Shown in pieces: positions 1 through 11,640 of a stretch of 64,000 bases of DNA (the first letter of the stretch is position 1; every line of letters begins with the position of its first letter). Location: assembly GCF_036321535.1 (NCBI RefSeq), contig NC_087437.1, positions 14,200,001 through 14,264,000 on the forward strand, given 5' to 3'. The notes beneath the pieces were generated by a model. It was given only the letters and a program-made list of their open reading frames with translations. It was not told the DNA's origin and searched no databases. Source of the stretch: Camelus dromedarius (taxonomy: Eukaryota). Made by a program: the position numbers and the translations under genes.

Positions 1-311
1 CAGCAGCACGTCAGGCTCCTTGACGTGGTGAACCAGGGACTTCCGGAAGCCACTGGGCAGCCTGTGCTTTGTTTTCTTGTTGCACCCGTAACCGATGCTG
101 AGCATGAAGATCGGGCCTGGGAGTCTCCTGCTCACCCCGTTGTCAGAGCCTCTGAGTTCTCACCACTTCTGCTTCATTTTGACGTGTCAGTCTGACTGGT
201 GCCCGAGGAACTTCTTGGTTCTCCTGTTGATGGTCTTGGGGTTCACTAGGGGTCCGAGGGTTGTCAAGATGCCAAGGAGGATATGGCCGAGTAGGTGGCG
301 CTAAGGAAGAG
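1..311 (-). pseudogene. RPL32: Processed pseudogene of 60S ribosomal protein L32 (5' UTR plus codons 1-89; continues beyond the left window edge)
   Basis: Minus-strand translation of 267..1 gives (L)[86 protein letters not shown]. This is colinear with RPL32 [40 protein letters not shown]...[20 protein letters not shown]. The ATG is mutated to TTG, with TGA stops at 189-187 and 162-160. It is intronless, and the 5' UTR starts with a CTCTTCCTT TOP-like tract. Confidence 0.95.
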
Positions 312-559
312 CTCACTTGGATTCTTAATCACTGCTCTCTTTGCTGAATTTTTGAGGGGATGCAGAATTCAATGAAAAAAAAAATTTGAAACCTCTCCTT
401 CAACCTTTGTGGTTGGCACTCCCATCTCTGATATCAACCCCCTCCTTTCTGGCTTATGTCTATTACATAGGCTGAAAGACAAAAATACTCCGTACCCAAA
501 CTCTCTTGAAGCCAAAGGCCATCTGACACAATTTTGGACAAGGAGACATAAGCAACCTT

Positions 560-795
560 TTTTCTACCTTGAATATACAAGATGGCAGTAGCTGTAGCTG
601 CCATTTTGTGACCATGAGGGAGAGGTCACAAGACCCACAGAAGTGCTGGCCCTGACATTGTTGAGCTACTGAACCAGTGCTGGCAGGCACCTATCTTCAG
701 CCTTTCTCTTAGTGAGGGAAAAAGAAACCCTCTCTTTGTTGAAGGCACTGAAATGAAAGATTCTACCAGTTTCAGCTCAAAGTACCCTTTACTGA
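560..795 (+). mobile_element. Old MaLR LTR fragment (MLT1-like)
   Basis: Motif gcagtagctgtagctgccattttgtgaccatgaggg and an MLT1-like 3' end. Confidence 0.5.
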
Positions 796-899
796 CTGCT
801 CTTTTTTAATTTTCTCTTTTTTCTAGATAAAAGTAAATGAAGGAGCTAAATTTAATAAATATAAAAATATTTCATATTAAAATAAGATTTTAAAATATG

Positions 900-1065
900 G
901 CATAGCAGAATAGGTGAGACAACTTTGAGAAAGAACAAAGCTGGAGGGCTTACACTGCCTGACTTTAAGACTTCTTCTAAAACTAAGTATTTATAAAGTC
1001 TTTATAAATCAACACAATTGGCAAAATGGATCAGTGGAACACTAAAGAGTCCAGAAAAGGTGGAA
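900..1065 (+). mobile_element. Old L1 ORF2 fragment
   Basis: aagaacaaagctggagggcttacactgcctgactttaagac encodes KNKAGGLTLPDFK, a conserved L1 ORF2p segment. Confidence 0.8.
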
Positions 1066-1860
1066 TAGCAAAATATTCATCACTGCAGAGCATTTCCATA
1101 CAGAGGAACTGTCCAACAGCCCAAATGACCTCTTCTACTTAAGACTTTCAAGTCAGCTCAATCCCCAGTGACTAAGCCTGAGATACGTTGTGATCATAAT
1201 GAATATGTTTAAAAGTAAATTCTGCACTAGCCTTTCCTTGACTAGGCTACACTTCTCTAATTTAAGGTCTTCTTGCTACCTTCCTCTGGTCTCCCTGGAC
1301 TTTTAGGGAAACTCTTTTGCCCCAAAGATGAGCCAGCCCTGGAACCTTCCATTCTCAGCACCTCTAGTCTGGAGCAGGTACAGGATGGTTCTTTCCAGGG
1401 CTCCCACCCCCCTTTCCCTGATTTTCCTAATTTTCTCTCCTGGGTGCATCATCCATCCTCCTCCCTCAGTGACTTTGGCTCTGGTTTCCTTCTTTCTCAC
1501 TCCTTTCCCTAAAGTGTGGATCAGATCACGTCATCCCTTTGGTTAAGCCCTCCAATCGGTTCCCCTTTCACGGGGTCTGTTCCTCCAAACCACAGAGGCC
1601 TCAGGGCCTTTGCTCTTACTGGTCACCTGCCAAGAGCAGGCCCCGCATATCTTGGTGTGCCCAACCCTGTGTGGACTTTAAGGTCTCTGGTCGAAAGTCT
1701 TTTATTAGTCTCTGATTATCTTGCTCAGTATTTATTTACTTTATTATTTTCCATCTCCCTTCGCCTCAGTCTCCATGAGAGCAAGGACATTATCTGCTGA
1801 AAGATGACATTTGTCATTGGTTTCTAAGAAAATTAGTTAACTGTCAGGGAATGTTCCAGC

Positions 1861-2396
1861 TGTTATCCCAATAGGTGAAGAGGAAACAGCCCAGTTCTTG
1901 TCATACCCGAAAGATAAAATTACAACTGGGAGATGGTGAGTTGTGTAGGGAAAATTTTTTAAAAGATTTATTTAGAAAAGCAAAAGTACACTTCTGGGAA
2001 CGGGAGGCAGGCAGATGCAAGGGAGGAAGAGCGGCAGTTGTTGTCTCCCCTTTCTCTCATATCCTTGTTTAGAGGTGATCTATTGATTGATTGACAGCTC
2101 TCGTCCCTGGAGTGCTTAGTCATGTGTGGTCCCTTTGTGCATATGCTTACCCATGATGCACACAGAAAAACCCATGGCAGGGGGCCCTAAACCTCAGTGT
2201 TAATTATATTATAATGAACATTGAATGGTGTCCAGTTAAGTCCTTCCCACTACCGCACAGCCATGGCTGTCGGGTTCTAACTGCTTTCTTGCTGGCGTTC
2301 AGTTAGAAGTCAAGTCCCTTTATGCTGGAGGCGGGCATTACGTCTCCTCTCCTCCACCTACCTGCCTGGTGCCCCCGCTTATCTAACTACCTAGTA
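1861..2396 (-). mobile_element. Solo ERV1-type LTR (same family as 3740-4301)
   Basis: Reverse-complement homology along its whole length to 3740-4301. It ends in ...GATAACA, with AATAAA at 1972-1967 on the minus strand. Confidence 0.85.
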
Positions 2397-2495
2397 GTGT
2401 GTCCCTTTTTCCTCAGAACAGTCCAGGTTATTTCCATGTCATTATTAACAACATTCCCTTTCATTCTCAAAAGCGTTCCAGGGGGATGGTGAGCA
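2397..2495. mobile_element. MER94-like hAT-Blackjack fragment
   Basis: attattaacaacattcccctttcattctcaaaagcgttcc resembles the MER94 core. Confidence 0.55.
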
Positions 2496-3739
2496 TACCT
2501 CTCTCTGGGTCTCTAGTCTTTGGCGTGAAGCACTAAGAATTACCTTTTTTTGTGATCTGCACTGTTTGTAACCAAAACTCCCTGACACAATGAGGGCCTC
2601 AGACTTTCAATATTTGATTGAAAGCAGAGAATGGATGTAGGGTAAACAAACAAACAGATTTTAAATGACAGCTACATGAGTTAATATAAAATTATTTCTC
2701 TGCAATACAAGCATGTTTGACTATTTTCAGCAATTGCAGAGTAGCCCTGCATATGGATGCTGATGATTTAACTAATACCTTATTAGTGAGCATTTCAATT
2801 CTTTTCAGTTTTTTCCTTGTTAACAACGTTGTGACAATGAACATTCCTATATATTTATTTTTGTATACATGTGCAAAATTTCATCAGGATAAATGTCTAC
2901 ATGTGTAATCGCTGGGTCAAACACATTTACAAAGTTGATGGTTATTGTCTAAGGCTATTTGAAACAGGAAATTAATATACTGATCACTTTCCACTGAAGC
3001 AAGCATGTGTTTCAGTTTAAATTTCAGCACAATACACTTGTACACATACATACAAATCTGTCTTCTATAAGGAAAAACTTATAGATATGCAAACTGTATA
3101 ATTATTTTTGCATTCCTGCTTTCACTTTAATAAACTCTAATGTACGCATAAGGAGTGAATTCATGGATCATTAACAGTGATACACCCTCTGTGTTAATTT
3201 TAGGCTACGTAGTGGTCACAGATGAATCCCTAATTTACACATCTCTCCCTTTTTTCAGACAAGAGTCCAGTGTCTGCACACTTAAGGATATAGTTATATG
3301 CTAAACTCTGGATTAAAGTCAGTCTTTGGGTTTCATTTTTAATTGTACACTAAAACCACAACATATTAGAGCTGTAAGGGATCTTACAGATCTGTAACTG
3401 GAGTGCCCCAATTTATAGTTTGGAATGCAAATAAGGCACCACTCAGATGGGGGCCCAAAACTAAATGTGGAAACCCTCGCTTGCCCAGTGAACAGGAAAT
3501 AGTGTCCCTTCCCCTAATAGGCCCAGGCCGTCCTGGTCATTTCCTTTCAGCCTCTGGAGTCTCAACTCAAACCAGGGGACTCTGCCGCTCCACAGAGGCT
3601 GGTGGTTCCAGGAGAAGCCATGAGTGTAGACCCCTGCTTGGGACACTACTCTTCTTTAAGAGGCCAGAGAGAAGGTCCTAGCCCTCAGGGTAAGTTCAGG
3701 CAGCAGTGGGCTCCAGGCAAACTTGGCTTGGACTCCCAT

Positions 3740-4301
3740 TGTTAGGTAGTTAGACAAGTGGGGCCCTGGGCAGGTGGGTGGAGGAGAGGGAGGGTGGTCT
3801 GGAAGATGACATTATGCCTGCCTCCAGCATAAAGGGACTTGACTTCTTAATGAGCACAAGAAACCAATTAGAACCCGACAGCCACAACTGCACCGTAGGG
3901 GGAAGAACTTAACCGGATACGACCCAAAGCTCATTGTATTATAATTAACATTGAGGTTTAGCCCTCCCCCACCATGGGTGTTTCTGTGTACACCATGGGT
4001 GTTTCTGTGTACACCATGGGTAAGGACATGAGCAAAGGGGCCAAACATGATTAAGCGCTCCAGGGACAAGAGCTGTCAATCAATCGAGAGACCACCTCTG
4101 AATAAGGGTATAAGAAAAAGGGGAGACAGAAACTGCCGCTTTTCCTCCCTTGGATCAGTCCACCTCCCATTCTTGGAGGCGTACTTTTCCTTTCCTAAAT
4201 GAATCTTTTAAAATCTTTCAATACACAATGCACTGTCCTCCGACTATAAACTTGTCTTTGGAGTACGGCAAGAACTGGGGTCTTCACCTTTTCAGGTAAC
4301 A
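3740..4301 (+). mobile_element. Solo ERV1-type LTR with 4-bp TSD
   Basis: TGTTA...TAACA termini, CCAT duplicated at 3736-3739 and 4302-4305, TATAAG at 4109, and a degenerate poly(A) signal AATGAA at 4198. Confidence 0.9.
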
Positions 4302-4714
4302 CCATTGTCACGGGTCCTCACATTCACTCACACAGCCACTCCTCCTGGACAAGCCTGCCACCTGATTCCTGGGTTAGGTCCGCACCCAGCGTGCACACAC
4401 TTTTGAATTACTATGTCAGTGCAAAGGCTGGGCTGGTGGTCCTATTTTTTCTCCTTGGTGGTGAGTTTTTCTGAGGGCTCTGGTGGCTGTTTCCTGACTC
4501 TGGGGCTTGCTCAGGGCAACCCCCAGTTCCCCTGACTAGTTAATTTCTGAGACAAAGTGTGAGGTTTTGATTACCTCCTGTCCTCATTCCCTAGGTGTGT
4601 CAGGCTCCAAACGGAAATTTGGCTACTCCCTCCCAGCAAGCTTCAGGCTCCGCATATCAACATTTTCTCTTTCATGCATACAGATATTAAATTTACCCAT
4701 CCATCCTACTGGAG

Positions 4715-4860
4715 ATCATTTAAGTCCATTCCCCTCATTTTAAAAGTGAGGAAACTGAGGCACAGAGAAATTACTTACCTAGGGGTCACACACCTGGTCA
4801 TGATAGATCAGAGATAAGAATTCTTCCCTTCTAAATCGTAGTTCAGGGCTCTGTAATTTC
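4715..4860. mobile_element. MIR SINE
   Basis: MIR core cccctcattttaaaagtgaggaaactgaggcacagaga. Confidence 0.85.
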
Positions 4861-5195
4861 CACTAAGATATTTCCATTTTCTGGGTTTTCTCGGCTGAGT
4901 ATTGAAATCCTAGCCATTTTCTGTCTATGTTCTTGGCCACATTCCATGCTGCCCAGCTGAATCACGCTCAGACATGCTGAGTACCTTTTTATTTACCTAG
5001 TAGTGATTTCCAGAGTCAAAACCAAACCGCTCATTAAAGTCAGCTGCTGTTTGAGAAAATCCACGTCATCGTTCCCCTTCATTAGGATGGAATAATCAAG
5101 AGCTGGCCCCGAGCACATTCACTGCCCTAGGATGTGCTTTGCTGCTTCTCTGTGACCCAGTGGATCTGGAAAAATCCTTGTGCTGCAGTCCAGCA

Positions 5196-6056
5196 TTTCT
5201 TTCTTTCTTTTTTTTTTTTTTTAACACCTTTATTGTGGTATGATTCCTGTACAGTAAATTACACATATTTCAGTTGTACAATTTGATGAATTTTGATAGA
5301 TGTGTACACCCATGAAACCACCACCACAATCAAGATAGCTAACATTTCCATCTCTTCCCAAGAGGTGCAAATTTCGAATTCCCAATTTATCCCTTCCCAC
5401 CCCCTGTACCCTCTGGTAACCATAAGTTTGTTCTCTATGTCTGGAGTCTGTTTCTGTTTTGTAGATAAGTTCATTTGTGTCCTTTTTTTTTTTTTTAAGA
5501 TTTCATATATAAGTGTATCCTACGATATTTTTCTTTCTCTTTCCGACTTATTTCACTTAGAATGACAGTCTCCAGGTCCATCCACATTGCTGCAAATGGC
5601 ATTATTTTAATTTTTTAAATTGCTGAATAGTATTCCATTGTATAAATATACCATATCTTCTTTATCCAGTCATCTGTCCATGGACATGGACATCTGTCCA
5701 TGTCTTGGCTATTGTAAGTAGTGCTGCTGTGAACATTAGGATGCATGTGTCTTTTTGAATTAAGGTTCCCTCTGGATATATGCCCAGGAGTGGGGTTGCT
5801 GGATCATATGATAAGTCTATTTTTAGTTTTTTAAGGAACCTCCATAGAATCCTCAATAGTGGCTGCATTCCCACCAGCAGTATAAAGAGGGTTCTCTTTT
5901 CTCCACACCCTCTCCAGCATTTACTGTTTGTGGACTTCTGAATGATGGTCATTCTGACTAGTGTGAGGTGACACCTCATTGTAGTTTTGATTTGCATTTA
6001 TCTAACAATTAGCGATGTTGAGTATCTTTTCATGTGCCTGTTGGCCATCTGGATGT
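5196..6056 (-). mobile_element. 5'-truncated young L1 with chimeric (ancient L1M-derived) 3' end, copy 1
   Basis: Contains the ORF2 C-terminus (MQIKTTMRCHLT...YDPATPLLGIYP) and L1 3' UTR. The junction at about 5365 leads to an L1M-like terminus, with the poly(A) tail at 5196-5222. Confidence 0.9.
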
Positions 6057-6734
6057 GGGGCACCTTTTGGTTTCCACAGCTCCTCTTGACTCCCCTTGGG
6101 GTCAAACCTGAAATCTTTGAGGTGTTTCTGATTCTGTTTCATCCTAAGCATTTGTCACTTGATGGACAGCTGAGGGAAGCAACTGGAAAGCAGTTAGAGA
6201 GGTAACTTGGCCATTGCCATGTGAAAAGCAATCTCAATACACTAAATTTGGTTCTTGAGCCCGAGGGCTTGAATCCTGACCCGAGTTCTGGAGTTCTGGG
6301 TGTACGCCCTTTCCTCAGTCTGACCACTGGTTTTGGGTGGGATGCACAGTTCGAGGACAGGTGGTTGTGGTGGGAGAAGGGAAAGGTGGCAAGAATGTTC
6401 ACATTTGGAAGTCCTTCTCTTGAGGAATTCTACTGCACATTTTCACAAAGCCCAGAGTTTTGCTGTGCGTTGGCAGAATACGAGTCGTTGACCTGCCTGA
6501 CGCTGGGTCAGACTGTCAGCCAGCATTTGTCAGAACACCATTCTACAAAGACAGCCTCCAGAACTTTCTGAAAAATACCTCTTAAGGAATCATATTTTCA
6601 TCCTGATTTATCTTTATGTGCTAACATGCAGCCAAGACTTAACCCTCTAGGACTGAGCCCATCAATTTTATTAAATATCACAGTCCAATTCTGTTATCCA
6701 CGTTGGCTCACATCTCTCTAGAAGAAAATTTCTT

Positions 6735-6900
6735 GGCCCTGGCAGCACATTGAATCAGCTGGGGGCTTTTAGAAATTTCCAATGTCCTGGCCACGACTCA
6801 GCAATTAAATCAGACCCTCTGGGGATGGGTCCCGGGTATCAGTACTTGTAAAAACTCTCAGATCATTCTGTTGTGTAGTTTAGGTTGAGAACCACTGCCT
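6735..6900. mobile_element. MER5-like hAT-Charlie element
   Basis: gcacattgaatcagctggggg...aggttgagaaccactg. Confidence 0.8.
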
Positions 6901-7066
6901 AAAAATTGCTCCCTGCAGGCAGTAATTTGCCTAAAGGCTGAACTTTAAGCTTTGTGAGGGCAGAAACTGGTTTGTTTACTCTCACGCATCCCTCACACCT
7001 CCAATACCTCGTCGCCCATAGTTGGTCCTTAATAAATATTTACCAATTAAATGAATTCATGCTTAT

Positions 7067-8079
7067 ATTTTTAAATTGAAGTGTATTCAGTTATAATGTG
7101 TCAATTTCTGGTATACAGCATAATGTACCAGTCATGTGTATGTACATATATTCATTTTCATATTCTTTTTCATTAAAGGTTATTACAAGATATTAAATGT
7201 AGTTTCCTGTGCTATAGAGAAGAAACTTGTTTTTTTTTAAATCTGTTTTTATATATAGTGGTTATCATTTGCAAATCTGAAACTCCCAAATTTATCCCTT
7301 CCTACCCTCTTTCCCCACCGGTAGCATAAGATTGTTTACTATGTCTGTGAGTCTGTTTCTGTTTTGTAGATGAGTTCAGTAGTGTCCTTTTTTATCTTTT
7401 TTTAGATTCCACATGTGAGTGATATCCTATGGTATTTTTCTTTCTCTTTCTGGCTTACTTCACTTAGAATGACAATCTCCAGGTCCATCCATGTTGCTGT
7501 AAATGGCATTAATTTTATTATTTTCTATCACTGAGTAGTATTCCATTGTATAAATATACCACAACTTCTTTATCCATTCATCTGTGGATGGACATTTAGG
7601 TTGCTTCCATGTCTTGGCTATTGTAAATAGTGCTGCTGTGAACATTGGGGTGCATGTGTCTTTTTGAACTAGAATTTTCTCCAGAAATATGCCCAAGAGT
7701 GGGATTGCTGGATCATTTGGTAAGTCTATTTTTAGTTTTTTTGAGGAATTTCCATGCTGTTTTCTATAATGGCTGTGCCAAACTACATTCCTATCAACAG
7801 TGTAGGAGTGTTCATTTTTCTCCACACCCTCTCTAGCATTTATTATTCATGGACTTTTTAGTGATGACATATCACACCAGTGATGGCTGGTGTGAGGTGA
7901 TACCTCATTGCAGTTTTGATTTGCATTTCTCTGATAATTAATAATATTGAGCATTTTTTCATGTGTCTATTGGCCATTTGTATGTCTTCATTGGAGAATT
8001 GCTTGTTAAGGTTTTCTGCCCATTTTTGGATTGGGTTGTTTTTTTCTTATTAAGTTGTATGAGCTGTTTATATGTACTG
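7067..8079 (-). mobile_element. 5'-truncated young L1 with 14-bp TSD
   Basis: ORF2 C-terminus ([10 protein letters not shown]...[41 protein letters not shown]). TSD gaattcatgcttat at 7053-7066 and 8080-8093. Confidence 0.95.
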
Positions 8080-8989
8080 GAATTCATGCTTATTTTGAAC
8101 TTCATAAAGATGTAGATAAAGAAATGCTCTCCCTTTCCCCTGGGGATAATGTTACACATTTGCAGTAATTGCCCTGGATCAGTTTCTAGGTACCCTGAAT
8201 TCTTAAATTACAGGATCCTGGAAGGTTTATGGCCCTGGGAGAGAAGCCTGGCTGGCCAGACTGTGAGGATGCTTGAGTAGATCCGTACAGTGGCTGTTTA
8301 CCAACTGTAATGAAAGCTTTTTGCCATTTTAACCATAGGTCCTCCTGTACTCATGTATAAGCAGGCCACAGTGGTTTGGGTTTTTCCTTCTACTATTGCC
8401 AGGGATTTCTAATCTCAAAAGCTGGGTGTACTCTGGCGCTGTCCGCTCCCTCACTTCATCTTCTGTTGTTCCCCAGCCCCTCTTCCTGCACTCCAGCCTT
8501 CTGTGTGTTTCTTGAACATTGTCAAGCTCCTTCTTGCCTTGGGGTCTTCACACATGCTGTTTAGTCTGCTGGACCATTCACCCGATGAGAGGAGCTGCAA
8601 AGTCACATTGCAAGGGGCCTGGACACAAAGAGGGGGAATGGTAGCTGTCAGTTTGCCAAACAATCTACCACGTGTGGCCCCTTTAGGTAAACATTCAGTC
8701 TCAGATAAAATGCTCAGCACCTCAGATTCTTTCTCTCTCTCTATGTCTTAGTATGTGCTCAAAAACATTTTTTTTTTTTTTGGCTGCTAGAATCTGAATA
8801 TTAACTATTTTTCTTTATGTTTCAGCAGTAAATCTCCTAATTGTCTTTCCTCCTCTTTCTACTCACACTCCCCTTCCTCAGATTAATGCTAAAGAGATGC
8901 TTCATGGGAAAATACAAAGGAGAAATGCTCGTTTATATGGTTTAAGATATCCCAATTACACTTAAAATAGTTACTCACAATAGGCACAG

Positions 8990-9180
8990 GCAACAGGCTG
9001 AGTACTTTCTACATATTGTCCCATTTTAATCTTCACAAGAGGTCATCTTACACATGAGAAAACCGAGACCTTAAGTGGTTGAAGAAACTGCTCCAGAAAC
9101 CCTTCCTAGTTAAGCGGTAAAGCAGGACTTTAACTCAGAGCTGCCCAACTCCATAGCATGTGCTTTTAAGCCTCGCACAG
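8990..9180. mobile_element. MIR SINE
   Basis: catgagaaaaccgagaccttaagtggttgaag...gcaggactttaactcag. Confidence 0.65.
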
Positions 9181-9919
9181 TCTGTGACTCTGTAAGACCA
9201 TCATCTGCAAGGTCTCCTTTTTAAAGCTGTAAAATTCCTTGATGCTACCTGTTTGTCTGAAGCTTGTTTACTGATCTGGCCCTGGGAGAGAAGGGCAGAC
9301 TGCAGACTAACTGCAGACTGCCTGGCTAACACTTAAAGGACAGCAAAAAGAAGCATGACATGGGAGTGACTGTCATGGCAAACAATTCACAGAAGAACAT
9401 TAGGGAAGTCTCTACACAGAAGGTTTTTCCTAATCCAGGGAAGTGGCGATGATACTTCATCATGAAACGCGATCTACCAAGAATGGGCCTCCAGGCTGAA
9501 CTGTATTTGAATAGATTATCCTCACAGTGGGCACTTAAACAAGGGTATGTATTATATGCATGACTATTTTTCTTTGGGCTAAGGCAGTACATTTCTCTTG
9601 GGGTACCTATCTAGTCAGCCTGTGGTTTCCCAGCCCTAAATTCAACATGGCTGAAAAAGATGTTTCTTCACAACTTCTGTCAGGTCTGCTTAATCCTAAA
9701 TTACTAATAGTTTCCATTTATTCCTAAGAAGTTACTATTTTACTTTCTAATTATTCAAAGGAAGAGATGAGTGGAAAAACAAATGTTAGCATTGTATTTT
9801 TTTCCCCTTGCACCACACTGTTAAGAAATAATGACAAACTGTGGTCCCTGGGCCAGCAGCCAGCATATCACCTGGGAAACTTGCTTGAAGTGCAAATTCT
9901 TGGGCCCTGCTCCAGACCA

Positions 9920-11640
9920 TATGTGGTCTCCTAGAAGCTTTATAGCTTTAACTTTTGCATTTAGGTTTATAATTCATCTCATATTAATATTTTCCCATAT
10001 ACCTATCCAGTTGTACCAGCACCTTTTATTAAAAAGACTTTCCTTCCCCCAATTGAATTTCCTTAGCTCTTCTGTCCAAAATCACTTGACTATAAATGCA
10101 TGTTCTGTTTTTGGGCTCTCTAATCTGTTCTTCTAATCTATTTATCCTTCATCAATATTACACTGTCTTGATTACTGTACCTTTATAATAAATCTTGAAA
10201 TCAGGTAAGGTGAGTCTCGAACATTGTTTTTTTGCTCTGTTTACTTAAGACTTCTCTAACTTTGCTCAACAATGGATGTGGGTTTTGGTGTAGAGCCTTG
10301 CATGTCTTTTGTTAAGTCATATACATATAGATAGATGTGTGTGTGTGTATGTGTGTGTATTTATATGTATATATATATGTGTATGTATATATATATTTGT
10401 GCTACTGTTAATGACTTTAAATTTTTTAAAATTATGATAAATAAACATAATATAAACTTTTACCATTGTAATTGTTTTTAAGTGTTTCAGTGTTTTAAGT
10501 TCCATGGTGTTAAATACGTTCTCACAGTTGTGCAACATCACTACCATCCATCTTCAGAACTCTTTATATCTTCCCAAACTGAAACTTGGTACCCATGAAA
10601 CAACAGGTCCCTGATTCCACCCTCCCCGTAGCTCTTGGAAACCACCATTCTACTCACTGTCTCTATGAATTTGACTTCTCTACCTACTCCTTTAGGTACC
10701 TCCTATAAGTGGAATCATACAATATGCGTCATTTTGTGATTGAGTTATTTCGCTTAGCATATCTTCGAGGTTCATCCATGTTGTAACATGTGTCAGCATT
10801 TCCTTCCTTTTCTAAGGCTGAATGATCGTCCATTGTATGCATATGCCATATTTTGTTTACTCCATTCATTCAGTGATGGAATGGATACTTGGGATGCTTC
10901 CACTTTTTGGCTGTTGTGAATAATGCTGCTGTGTATATGGGGGTACAAGTACCTGTTTGAATCCCTGCTTTCAATGCTTTTGAGGATATACTTCAGATGG
11001 TATCTTAAAGAATCTATCTTCCAAATGCTTGTTCCCCAAATACAGAAATGCAATTGATTTTTGTGTATTGATCTTGTGTCCTGTGCCTTTGCTAAGTTCA
11101 CTTATTAGTTCTACTGGTCGTGTAGTAGATTCTTTAAAACATTTCATGCATATAGTCTTGTTGACTGCAAATAAAGATAGTGTTACTTCTTCCCTCCAAA
11201 TTTTATGTCTTTTACTTATTTTTCTTGTTTTAATGTATGCCTAGGGCCTTAAGGACAATGTTTGGTAAAAGTTGTGAGAGCAGACATCCTTGCCTTGCTC
11301 CCACTCTTAGGTGAAAATTCAATATTTCACTATTAGGGAAAACATTAGTTGCACATTTTTTGTTGATACGTTTTATCAGATGGAGGAAACTCCTTTTTAT
11401 TCCTGCTTTGATGAGAGTTATTTTAAACAACTTTATGGAGTTATAGTTATTGATATACAAAAAACCCTGTACATGTTTGATGTATACAATTTTGTGAGTT
11501 TGAACATAGGCATACACCTGTGAAACCACAATGAAGGTAATAAACATATCCATCACTCCAAAATGGATTGTGCATGTACACTGAATTTTGTTGAACATCT
11601 TTTCTGTGCCTATGGGAAAAATCACTAGCAGAGGGCAATG
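9920..11640 (-). mobile_element. Nested old L1M fragments (ORF2 region interrupted by L1MB-like 3' ends and a (TG)/(TA) microsatellite)
   Basis: ORF2-like translations (RVGARQGCLLSQLLPNIVL; AQDTRSIHKNQLHF). L1M 3' termini start near 10425 and 11420, and the simple repeat lies at 10335-10400. Confidence 0.85.

Noticed and set aside
95..304. 69-aa plus-strand ORF
   Set aside because: It is the antisense shadow of the RPL32 pseudogene.
989..1009. 10-bp inverted repeat atttataaag-t-ctttataaat
   Set aside because: It is AT-rich and lies inside a decayed L1, so it is probably a chance or mutational by-product.
3970..4021. Direct repeats as a possible CRISPR-like array
   Set aside because: They are head-to-tail with no spacers, inside an LTR, in mammalian DNA.
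5662..5997. ORFs resembling a real protein (also 7460-7825, 7959-8159, 42758-42961)
   Set aside because: They are C-terminal fragments of L1 ORF2p in 5'-truncated elements, not host genes.
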